Source: Candidatus Woesearchaeota archaeon
GTDB lineage: Archaea > Nanobdellota > Nanobdellia > Pacearchaeales > GW2011-AR1
Assembly (NCBI GenBank): GCA_964530955.1
Contig: CAZHCL010000002.1
Location: 7,412-71,411, forward strand
DNA length: 64,000 bases
Direction of reading: 5' to 3'
In this document: piece by piece, positions 45,494-53,313 of the stretch
How positions within the stretch are numbered: the first letter of the stretch is position 1
How the letters are laid out: every line of letters starts with the position of its first letter
Program-made: the position numbers and the translations under genes
The notes under the pieces: generated by a model
The model's database searches: none
What the model saw: the letters and a program-made list of their open reading frames with translations, nothing else
What the model was told of the DNA's origin: nothing

Positions 45494-46096
45494 TCATCTA
45501 AGAATAATAATCAAAATTCCTTCGATTGTTGCAGCAACTACGAGCAACGGCAGAACAATGAGAAAGAAAACCTTCAATGAGTTATAAAGTCTCAGCTTGA
45601 AATTCTTTCTAGCTGGCTTTGAAAATACCGATGCTCCAAGTTTTATGCCAAGTCCCAGAGATATAAAAATAGCAGGAAGCTCAAATATTCCATGAGGAAG
45701 TATTCTCCAAAACTCAGAAAAACCTGAAAGAGAATATACTTTTGCAAGCACATATCCCAAAACAAGCCCGTTTGAAACAGAGTTAATAAGAGGGAATATG
45801 CCTAAAACAATTCCAAAAAGAAGACCTTCAAAAGCAACACTAGCATTGTTAGCGAAAATAAAAAGTATTAAGTTTATTCCAGTAAGCCCAGCGGTTTTAC
45901 TTATTATTTCTTTCAGCAGAGTATCAAGAAAGCCTAATTTAGAAGCAAATGCAAATCCAATTATTGCGCTAATTATGAAAATACCTATAACAGAATAAAT
46001 ATAATTTCTAGAATCTTTGATATATAAAAAAGCATCTTCCACATACTCTTTTAATAGACTAAAAGTTCCTTTAGTTTTTCTTCTTTGAGATTTCAT
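45494..46096 (-). CDS. SpoIIM/DUF95-family membrane protein
   Basis: FANNASVAFEGLLFGIVLGIFPLINSVSNGLVLGYV, HGIFELPA. Confidence 0.75.
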   Translation of the reverse strand: MKSQRRKTKGTFSLLKEYVEDAFLYIKDSRNYIYSVIGIFIISAIIGFAFASKLGFLDTLLKEIISKTAGLTGINLILFIFANNASVAFEGLLFGIVLGIFPLINSVSNGLVLGYVLAKVYSLSGFSEFWRILPHGIFELPAIFISLGLGIKLGASVFSKPARKNFKLRLYNSLKVFFLIVLPLLVVAATIEGILIIILR

Positions 46097-46779
46097 TGGA
46101 AAAACCTCTGCAAAGCAATAACCTTCTTTTTGTACCTGACTCTAAGAAAATATCCATAGGCAAGCCCAGCTAAAAATCCTCCAAGATGTGCAACATTGCC
46201 TATGGGAAGGCTTGCAGCAAGCGAGGCAAGCCAAGTAAGAATAAGCACAAGTGGAATCATGATATATCCTGGAAGAGAGAAAAATGGTAGGAATATTATG
46301 CTAAATCTCATTCTAGGTAATAGAACTACGAAAAGCCCTGCAACGGCAAATATTGCTCCCGATGCTCCAACCATATACAATTCAGGAGTACCGAAAAGAT
46401 TGGCCCAAAAACCATATCCGTAAAATCCTGCAAGAAAAACAGAAAGTAATCCTGCAAAAACTCCTGAAATCAAATAAAACCAGACAAATCTTTTTCTTCC
46501 GATTATTTTTTCAGATAAACTACCTAATGAATAAAGGACAAACATATTTACTAGCAAATGCAGCACACTGGCATGCATAAACATATGAGTAACCAGAGTC
46601 CAGAGATATTTTCCATGGAGAATATTCGCAGGAGATAAAGCAAGATAATTCAAAACTTTATCTCCGTAGACTGCCTGAAGCAAAAGTGCTGCAATGAAAA
46701 TAAAAACATTAATAAAAATTATCCAAGTGGTTGCAGAAAATTGAAAAGAACGTTTATTACCTACTAATTGGCTTTGCAC
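46093..46779 (-). CDS. Rhomboid-family intramembrane serine protease (GTG start)
   Basis: HMFMHASVLHLLVNMF, GASGAIFAV, AHLGGFLAG. Confidence 0.9.
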   Translation of the reverse strand: MQSQLVGNKRSFQFSATTWIIFINVFIFIAALLLQAVYGDKVLNYLALSPANILHGKYLWTLVTHMFMHASVLHLLVNMFVLYSLGSLSEKIIGRKRFVWFYLISGVFAGLLSVFLAGFYGYGFWANLFGTPELYMVGASGAIFAVAGLFVVLLPRMRFSIIFLPFFSLPGYIMIPLVLILTWLASLAASLPIGNVAHLGGFLAGLAYGYFLRVRYKKKVIALQRFFQ

Positions 46780-46781
46780 GA

Positions 46782-47480
46782 TTATCTTCCTCTTTTTTTA
46801 CTTTTAGGTTTCTTACCCTTTGCAGGAATTTTAACTTTTAGCTTTCCTAATTTTTTAAGCTCTCTCTGTCTCTTTTTCTTCTTAGCTTCTTTTTCTTCTT
46901 TCTTTTTCTTCTCCTCAGCCTTCATCCTCTTAAGCCTAGTCTTCTGATTCTTAACATCAAGAATACCTATTTCTATATTGACTTTTTCAATAAGAGCCTC
47001 ATTCCTTGCAAGTTCTTTCTCAAGAAGGGCAGATTCTTTGCTATTATCTTTAAGCTGTAATATCTCTCCACACTCTGGACATACATAATCATGAGTTAGT
47101 GCTGCTTCTTCTGTAAAATCAAGGCTACAATTAGGTGAATAATAAAATCTCTCTGTTTTTTTGCCATGTATATCCTGTTTAAGCGCCTCTATCTTCTTAA
47201 AAAGTTCATCTTTTGATTTGATTAATCCTTTGTCTGGATTTAATGTCCAAAAATAAGTATACCATCCGCCCTTCTTATTGTCCTTCTTTCTTATGAAACT
47301 GACAATTCCTTCATCTGCCAGTTTGTAAAGAACATTTCTTGTCTGATTAATTGTTAATTTAAGCTTTTTTGCAATCAAAAACTCATTTACATTTTTCTTG
47401 TCTACTAGAAGGTCTATAATACCTTTAGATTTTTCTCCTGCGATGGATGAAACAACTTCCTTAAGAATTACAACTTGCAT
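46782..47480 (-). CDS. tfe: Transcription factor E (TFE alpha, TFIIE-alpha homolog)
   Basis: N-terminal winged helix (LIAKKLKLTINQTRNVLYKLADEGIV), Zn ribbon (CPECGEIL), K-rich tail. Confidence 0.8.
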   Translation of the reverse strand: MQVVILKEVVSSIAGEKSKGIIDLLVDKKNVNEFLIAKKLKLTINQTRNVLYKLADEGIVSFIRKKDNKKGGWYTYFWTLNPDKGLIKSKDELFKKIEALKQDIHGKKTERFYYSPNCSLDFTEEAALTHDYVCPECGEILQLKDNSKESALLEKELARNEALIEKVNIEIGILDVKNQKTRLKRMKAEEKKKKEEKEAKKKKRQRELKKLGKLKVKIPAKGKKPKSKKRGR

Positions 47481-47580
47481 ATATTCTCTTCCGATTATTC
47501 TTATTAAAAACCTTTCCCTTTTATGTTACTCTTTTATAGTTAATATAAAGCTATATAAATTAACTTAAAAACCTATCAAT

Positions 47581-48330
47581 ATGTTTTGGAATAAAAAGGA
47601 AAATAAAAATTCATTGCCAGATCTTCCAGCTATTAAATCGCCATTCAGCAAAGAGTTATTTGTCTCTTCCCAAGATAAGAACATAGTCGAAGAAAAAATG
47701 GAAGAAAACGCAGAGCCTGACGATGAAAAACATTCCCTTCCATCATTTCCCGATTCACTTGCAGAAAAGGGATTTTCTCAAACAGCAATAAAAGAAGCAG
47801 TAAGTCAGGATGAGATAAAAGAACCTGAGGAAAGCGATTCTGAAGAGGAAAGCGATTTGCCAGTGGCAAAGCCAGAGCAAAATAAGTTCAAAACAATACA
47901 AGTAAATGAAGACCATGTTTCTTCAACAAAAGAAAATCCTTATCTTAAGAGCGTAAAAACTGGCCTAGAGAATAAAAATAAATATGTTCAGCCAATTAAT
48001 ACCTATAATGAACCTGAAGAACAGGAAAAACCATTCACTTTAGGTCTCCCTCCTTCGGAGCCAGAATTTGAGGATGAAATTGAAAAACCAATGCCTGCTG
48101 AAAACCAGAAGAAAGGAGATGTCTTCGTAAAAATAGAAAAATTCTACTCGGCTAAAAAATCACTTGACGGGATCAGACAACAAATAGACCAAATAGATGA
48201 CCTGCTAAAGAAGATAAGAGACATAAAGATGAAAGAAGAAAGAGAATTGTCAGTCTGGGAAAAAGAGATAGCCCTGGTAAAATCAAGGATACAGAATGTC
48301 AATGAAACTATCTTTGAGAAGATATCCTAA
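47581..48330 (+). CDS. Acidic hypothetical protein with C-terminal coiled coil
   Basis: ORF; E/D/S/P-rich low-complexity N-terminal two-thirds. Confidence 0.55.
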   Translation: MFWNKKENKNSLPDLPAIKSPFSKELFVSSQDKNIVEEKMEENAEPDDEKHSLPSFPDSLAEKGFSQTAIKEAVSQDEIKEPEESDSEEESDLPVAKPEQNKFKTIQVNEDHVSSTKENPYLKSVKTGLENKNKYVQPINTYNEPEEQEKPFTLGLPPSEPEFEDEIEKPMPAENQKKGDVFVKIEKFYSAKKSLDGIRQQIDQIDDLLKKIRDIKMKEERELSVWEKEIALVKSRIQNVNETIFEKIS

Positions 48331-48341
48331 AAGGAATAAAA

Positions 48342-48674
48342 ATGAGTTCTGAATATATCAAATTGTCGCAACCCGAGGTCGTTTATGGGCAGAAGAATTT
48401 TTTGAAGGCACAGTTAGACGTCCTTGACATAACAAGACATTACTTAACATATCAAAAGCTGAGAAAGGAAGAATTCCTCCTCAAAATAGAATTAAGAAAT
48501 AAAATAGGACATGTGCAAAATAATCTTCTTGCAATGGACAAAATTCTGCCTAAAACATATCCGGTTGAATCTGAGAAGAAGAAGAAAATTGCATTAGAAA
48601 CAGACTCAAAAGAAGTGGTTTCCCTTAAGCAGGAAATAGAGCTCATTAAGCAAAAACTTGCAAGGCTGAGATAA
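48342..48674 (+). CDS. Hypothetical coiled-coil protein
   Basis: ORF starting 11 nt after the previous gene. Confidence 0.5.
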   Translation: MSSEYIKLSQPEVVYGQKNFLKAQLDVLDITRHYLTYQKLRKEEFLLKIELRNKIGHVQNNLLAMDKILPKTYPVESEKKKKIALETDSKEVVSLKQEIELIKQKLARLR

Positions 48675-48704
48675 TTTTAAATATACTCTGGTTTCTAATC
48701 CTTT

Positions 48705-50531
48705 ATGAATAATGAAATAAAAACAAGACAGCAACTTATTGAAAAGTATATTGAGTTCTTCAAAAAAAAGAATCATAAACATATACCTGGCTCTTCATTA
48801 ATACCTGAAAATGATCCTACCGTTCTTTTCACAACAGCAGGCATGCATCCCCTAGTTCCCTTTTTACTTGGACAGAAACATCCACTAGGAAAAAGGCTTG
48901 TTGATGTTCAAAAGTGCATAAGAACTCAAGATATTGATGAAGTTGGAGATTCTGTGCATCATACTTTCTTTGAAATGCTAGGGAACTGGAGCCTAGGAGA
49001 TTATTTTAAGAAAGAGGCAATAAATTTTTCATTTGAATTCCTTATAAAAGAACTTGGAATTCCTAAAGAAAGATTTGCGGTAACTTGTTTTGCTGGAGAT
49101 AAAAGAGTCCCCGAATTATCTATTGATGATGAATCATCCGAAATCTGGCTTTCGCTTGGAATTCCTAAAGAAAGAATTTCTTTTCTAGAAGGAGGAGTTT
49201 TTGAATCTAAAAATAATTGGTGGGGTCCTGCTGGAGAAATAGGTCCATGTGGCCCAGACACTGAAATGTTCTATTGGAAACTAAACGACAAAAAAGCACC
49301 AAAAAAATTCAATCCAGATGATGAAAACTGGGTAGAAATATGGAATGATGTTTTAATGCAATACGAAAAGAATAAGGCAGGACAATATGTTAAAGCAAAG
49401 CAGCAAAACATTGATACTGGAATGGGATTGGAAAGAACGCTAGCAGTTCTGAATGGATTAGAGGACAATTATCAAACTTCTATTTTCCAGCCAATTATAA
49501 AAGAAATAGAAAAAATATCAGGCAAAAGCTATGGTAAGAATAAGGAAGATACAAGAGCAATGAGAATAATCGCAGACCATGTCAGAGCAGCAACATTTAT
49601 CCTTGGAGATGAAAAAGGAATAAAGCCTTCAAACCTAGGCCAGGGCTACGTTCTAAGAAGACTGATAAGAAGAGCAATAAGATATGGTAGAATGCTTGGA
49701 ATAAAAGATAACTTCACTTCAAAAGTTGCAAAATCGGTCCTTCCAGTATATCCAGACTATCAAGAATTGCACAGAAATATAAAATTCACTCTAGAACAAC
49801 TCGAAGAGGAAGAAAATAAATTTGGTTTGACCCTAGAGAAAGGAATAAAAGAATTTAACAGAATAATAAAAAGCAGAAAAGAAAAGATCCTCACTGGAAA
49901 AGAAGCATTCTTGCTCTTCCAAAGCTATGGGTTCCCCATAGAATTTACGGAAGAATTAGCATCTGAAAATAATATAGATGTTGACCTTGATGAATATAAT
50001 GAAGAATTCAAAAGGCACCAAGATTTAAGCAGGACAGCATCATCAGGAATGTTCAAATCAGGACTCGCAGATAATTCTGAAGAAACAAAGAAACTACACA
50101 CTGCAACCCACCTTCTCAATGAATCTCTTCGCCAAATTCTAGGAAAAGAAGTAAAACAAAAAGGGTCAAACATAACACCTGAAAGACTAAGATTTGATTT
50201 TAATTTCCCAAGAAAATTAACAGATGAAGAAATAAAAAAGATTGAAATTCTTGTAAATAGTAAAATAAAAAGCAAATTGAATGTAAGAAGAGAAGAAATC
50301 CCTCTGAAAGATGCAGTAAGTTCGGGAGCTCAGTCAGAATTCGGAACTAAATATCCTGAAATGGTTTCTGTTTATACAATCGAAGACTCCGAAGATGAGA
50401 AGAAATGGTTTAGCAGAGAAATTTGCACAGGCCCCCATGTAGATAACACCTCGGAACTAGGCAGTTTCAAGATAATTAAGGAAGAATCTTCTGCGGCGGG
50501 CGTCAGAAGAATAAAAGCCATTGTTGAATAA
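48705..50531 (+). CDS. alaS: Alanyl-tRNA synthetase, short form ending after the editing domain (no C-Ala domain)
   Basis: FTTAGMHPLVPF, HHTFFEMLGNWSLGDYFK, HTATHLL, CTGPHV, GVRRIKAIVE*. Confidence 0.9.
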   Translation: MNNEIKTRQQLIEKYIEFFKKKNHKHIPGSSLIPENDPTVLFTTAGMHPLVPFLLGQKHPLGKRLVDVQKCIRTQDIDEVGDSVHHTFFEMLGNWSLGDYFKKEAINFSFEFLIKELGIPKERFAVTCFAGDKRVPELSIDDESSEIWLSLGIPKERISFLEGGVFESKNNWWGPAGEIGPCGPDTEMFYWKLNDKKAPKKFNPDDENWVEIWNDVLMQYEKNKAGQYVKAKQQNIDTGMGLERTLAVLNGLEDNYQTSIFQPIIKEIEKISGKSYGKNKEDTRAMRIIADHVRAATFILGDEKGIKPSNLGQGYVLRRLIRRAIRYGRMLGIKDNFTSKVAKSVLPVYPDYQELHRNIKFTLEQLEEEENKFGLTLEKGIKEFNRIIKSRKEKILTGKEAFLLFQSYGFPIEFTEELASENNIDVDLDEYNEEFKRHQDLSRTASSGMFKSGLADNSEETKKLHTATHLLNESLRQILGKEVKQKGSNITPERLRFDFNFPRKLTDEEIKKIEILVNSKIKSKLNVRREEIPLKDAVSSGAQSEFGTKYPEMVSVYTIEDSEDEKKWFSREICTGPHVDNTSELGSFKIIKEESSAAGVRRIKAIVE

Positions 50532-50534
50532 TTC

Positions 50535-51323
50535 TCAAATTAAATAAACCAATACTGCAGCAGCAATCAAAAAAACATAAAGAGCTAGCCATCTCAAATT
50601 CTTTCTGTTATTAAGAATATATGTGAAAGAAATATGTATTGTCAAAAGACCAGCAGCGAAAGAAACCAATGCAGCCCAAAGCATTTCAGGAGGAAGTGTC
50701 GCATTTCCTATTTCAAGAACATTCGCCCCAAAAACAACTGGAATTGAGAGCAAAAATGAAAACTTAACAGCACTCTTTTCACGCAATCCCAAAAGCAATC
50801 CCGATGAAATAGTTGTTCCTCCTCTTGATATCCCCCTAAAAAGTGAAAGCATTTCTGCAAGACCTATCAATAATGCAGATTTATAACTCAATTCACTTAA
50901 TTTTTTTGCATTTTTACCAGATTTGTTAATATTTATAGATCCAATAAGAAGAATTACTCCTGTTGTGGCAAAACCTAGGCAAAGAAGCCAAAGATTTCCA
51001 AGAGTATTTTCAAATATATCATGAAAAAGAAATCCTGCAATCCCTGCGGGAATAGTTCCTATTATGAGCAAGAAACCTAGCCTGGAATTTTCAGTTTTCC
51101 AATTCCCTTTCAATAAATCCTCTATAATATCAATAATATCTTTTCCGAAATATACAAAAACAGCCATAAGAGTTCCAAAATGTAATGCGACATCAAATGT
51201 TAAACTATTTGAAAATCCAAGGAGCTTTGAAAAGAGAACCAGATGACCTGAACTAGAAATAGGCAACCATTCAGCTATACCTTGTATTAAAGCCAAAATC
51301 AACGCAGATAATATTTGATTCAT
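50535..51323 (-). CDS. uppP: Undecaprenyl-diphosphate phosphatase (BacA/UppP)
   Basis: GIAEWLPISSSGHL, multiple TM helices. Confidence 0.9.
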   Translation of the reverse strand: MNQILSALILALIQGIAEWLPISSSGHLVLFSKLLGFSNSLTFDVALHFGTLMAVFVYFGKDIIDIIEDLLKGNWKTENSRLGFLLIIGTIPAGIAGFLFHDIFENTLGNLWLLCLGFATTGVILLIGSININKSGKNAKKLSELSYKSALLIGLAEMLSLFRGISRGGTTISSGLLLGLREKSAVKFSFLLSIPVVFGANVLEIGNATLPPEMLWAALVSFAAGLLTIHISFTYILNNRKNLRWLALYVFLIAAAVLVYLI

Positions 51324-51383
51324 TCAAATCCGTTGAAAAAAGCATTAATAAAATTAAGTGTTATGTAAGATTTACTTTGCAGT

Positions 51384-51584
51384 CTAAGACATTTTTAGAA
51401 TCATTCTGCTAAGACTGGCGGGAGAAAACTTTTCGGAAGCATCTAATATTTCCATGCCTATAACCTTTCCGTCTTTAGATATATCTACAATAACTCCTTC
51501 GCCTATCTCTTCGCTATATTCGGACTTTCCTTCTTCTACGTAGATATACATCGCGTCTACTTCTTTGTCGTATCTTATTTTCAT
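51384..51584 (-). CDS. DUF2283 family protein (putative antitoxin)
   Basis: MKIRYDKEVDAMYIYV...VIVDISKDGKVIGMEILDAS. I prefer the ATG at 51584. Confidence 0.75.
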   Translation of the reverse strand: MKIRYDKEVDAMYIYVEEGKSEYSEEIGEGVIVDISKDGKVIGMEILDASEKFSPASLSRMILKMS

Positions 51585-51585
51585 T

Positions 51586-51816
51586 TTAGTATTTTCCAAG
51601 CCTAGTGTAATATGATGTTACAATTATATAAACCTTTTCTGTCTGCAAATAAATAACTCTTAATAATCTATTCCCGATAACTTTTTGAGAAATTTTTCTT
51701 CCTTTTCTCGACTCGGTAATTTTATCTGGATTTAGAATAGCTTCTTCCACATCCTCTTTAGAAATTCTTCTCTCAATCATATTCTTTCTTGCATGTATAG
51801 AATATATTATATTCAT
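51586..51816 (-). CDS. DUF4258 family protein (putative toxin)
   Basis: IHARKNMIERRISKEDVEEAI.NP...RVIY......YIIVTSYY. Confidence 0.7.
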   Translation of the reverse strand: MNIIYSIHARKNMIERRISKEDVEEAILNPDKITESRKGRKISQKVIGNRLLRVIYLQTEKVYIIVTSYYTRLGKY

Positions 51817-51866
51817 AAGATAATAAAGATGTTAAGATATAAATATTTAACTCAAAGTTATTAAAA

Positions 51867-52859
51867 TTACCTACTATCTGCCCTTATTCTCTCTATAAGC
51901 TCAGGAATTCCAACAACTGCAGTTCCTGGTTTTTCAACAACAATTCCAGCAGCATAATTAGCAATCTGCGAAGCTTCAGCAATGTTTGCTCCAGACAAAA
52001 GTGAAAGTGTCAAAGCAGAAAGAACTGTATCTCCTGCACCACTAACATCTATTACTTGTTTAGCCTTAGTAGGAGATTCATGAAAATCTCCATCATAACT
52101 ACACATTCCATGCTCACCGCAAGTAACTATCACATATTTGCTTCCTGTCATTTCTTTCAATTTAAGAGCGCTCTCTCTTCTTCTTTCATAGCCCATTATT
52201 CCTGTTGCCTTTCCAGCCTCACTTAGATTAACACATAACAAATCAACTCCTGAAAACTTGCCTACATTTTCAGGTTTCGGTGCAGCAAAAACAGGTACAT
52301 TCATTCTACGCGCAAGCTGTATAACTCTCTGCGCCAAGTCGCCTCTGAAAACTCTTTTATAATAATCAGAAAGAACTATCGAACCAACTCCTCCGCGAGA
52401 GGAATCTAAATTTTCTAATCCATTAAGAATTTGTAGAGAAATAGCACTACTAAGAGGAGATAGCTCAGTCTCACCATAATCTACCCTAGTAAGATAATGC
52501 CCGTCACCAAAAATTCTCTGCTTGCACATGGTTGGACCCTCTAGAAATAGATCGGGTGAAATTCCTGATTTACATAGCTTCCGAACTTCCGATCCATAGT
52601 TATCATTGCCTATTACTCCATAAAGATATGTCCAGGCATTGAAAGAAGAAATATTACTTGCGACATTTGCTGCGCAACCGAGCGTATATTTAGATGTTGT
52701 TTTTTTTACAAGAGGGCAAGCTCTGTTTTCAGGATTCAATCTTTCTATTGTTCCATAAAGAGCCTCATCCAAAGCAACATCTCCTACAACCGCAACCCTG
52801 TATGAATCAAATCCTTCAATTATACTTGCCAATCTATCAAAATTTACCTTTCCAGTCAT
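51867..52859 (-). CDS. PfkB-family sugar kinase, RfaE/HldE domain-I-like
   Basis: VAVVGDVALDE..G...R..PE...P, LGCAANVASN, DVSGAGDT. Confidence 0.85.
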   Translation of the reverse strand: MTGKVNFDRLASIIEGFDSYRVAVVGDVALDEALYGTIERLNPENRACPLVKKTTSKYTLGCAANVASNISSFNAWTYLYGVIGNDNYGSEVRKLCKSGISPDLFLEGPTMCKQRIFGDGHYLTRVDYGETELSPLSSAISLQILNGLENLDSSRGGVGSIVLSDYYKRVFRGDLAQRVIQLARRMNVPVFAAPKPENVGKFSGVDLLCVNLSEAGKATGIMGYERRRESALKLKEMTGSKYVIVTCGEHGMCSYDGDFHESPTKAKQVIDVSGAGDTVLSALTLSLLSGANIAEASQIANYAAGIVVEKPGTAVVGIPELIERIRADSR

Positions 52860-52936
52860 TAAAAAAAGATAAACCTATGCCTTAAAAAGATTATGAAAGC
52901 GCAAGATAATGAATAAAAAATCAAAAAAAGATTTTA

Positions 52937-52960
52937 GCCTCTGGTCAAGCCTTCAGAGGC
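52937..52960. terminator. Hairpin GCCTCTG-N10-CAGAGGC downstream of the small Zn-ribbon gene
   Basis: Perfect 7-bp inverted repeat seen directly. Its role as a terminator is an inference. Confidence 0.3.
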
Positions 52961-52973
52961 AAGTTTAGTCTAT

Positions 52974-53141
52974 TTATTCTGACCTGCATTTCCAGCAAAG
53001 CGAGGCCCGAGAATTTATCTTCGATCTCATCAATTCCATGATGAATCGCTCGGCGCTCATCCCCTCAAAATCATATCTGAGGTCGAACAGTTCCCCGCAT
53101 CTTTTGCATTGCGCAGGCAGTGCAGTTATTGCTCTGTTCAT
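52974..53141 (-). CDS. Small zinc-ribbon-like protein, 55 aa, not in the ORF track
   Basis: Manual translation: MNRAITALPAQCKRCGELFDLRYDFEGMSAERFIMELMRSKINSRASLCWKCRSE*. CxxC...CxxC. The TATA (TATTTAAAG on the minus strand, 53162-53170) lies about 25 nt upstream. GC content is locally elevated. Confidence 0.5.
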   Translation of the reverse strand: MNRAITALPAQCKRCGELFDLRYDFEGMSAERFIMELMRSKINSRASLCWKCRSE

Positions 53142-53222
53142 TCACTTCAATGAGAGATTTTCTTTAAATACTAACATCCAATTACAAGAAATATTTTCTA
53201 AGATATAGAAACTTATATAGCG

Positions 53223-53290
53223 AGTCACTGAAAAGAAACAAAACTCTCTTTTTAAATGGTTTAAAAAGCCAGTCACTGAAAAGAAACAAA
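53223..53290. repeat. Two perfect 20-nt direct repeats AGTCACTGAAAAGAAACAAA (53223-53242 and 53271-53290)
   Basis: Seen directly. Start-to-start spacing is 48 nt. They lie immediately 3' of the leuS stop, and on the minus strand each reads TTTGTTTCTTTTCAGTGACT (T-rich). Confidence 0.6.
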
Positions 53291-53313
53291 GAAAATATTT
53301 TCTCGCCTATAAA

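Noticed and set aside
53223-53290. Possible CRISPR-like repeat
   Set aside because: There are only two copies of a 20-nt AT-rich repeat, with no further units, no repeat palindromicity and no cas genes in the window.
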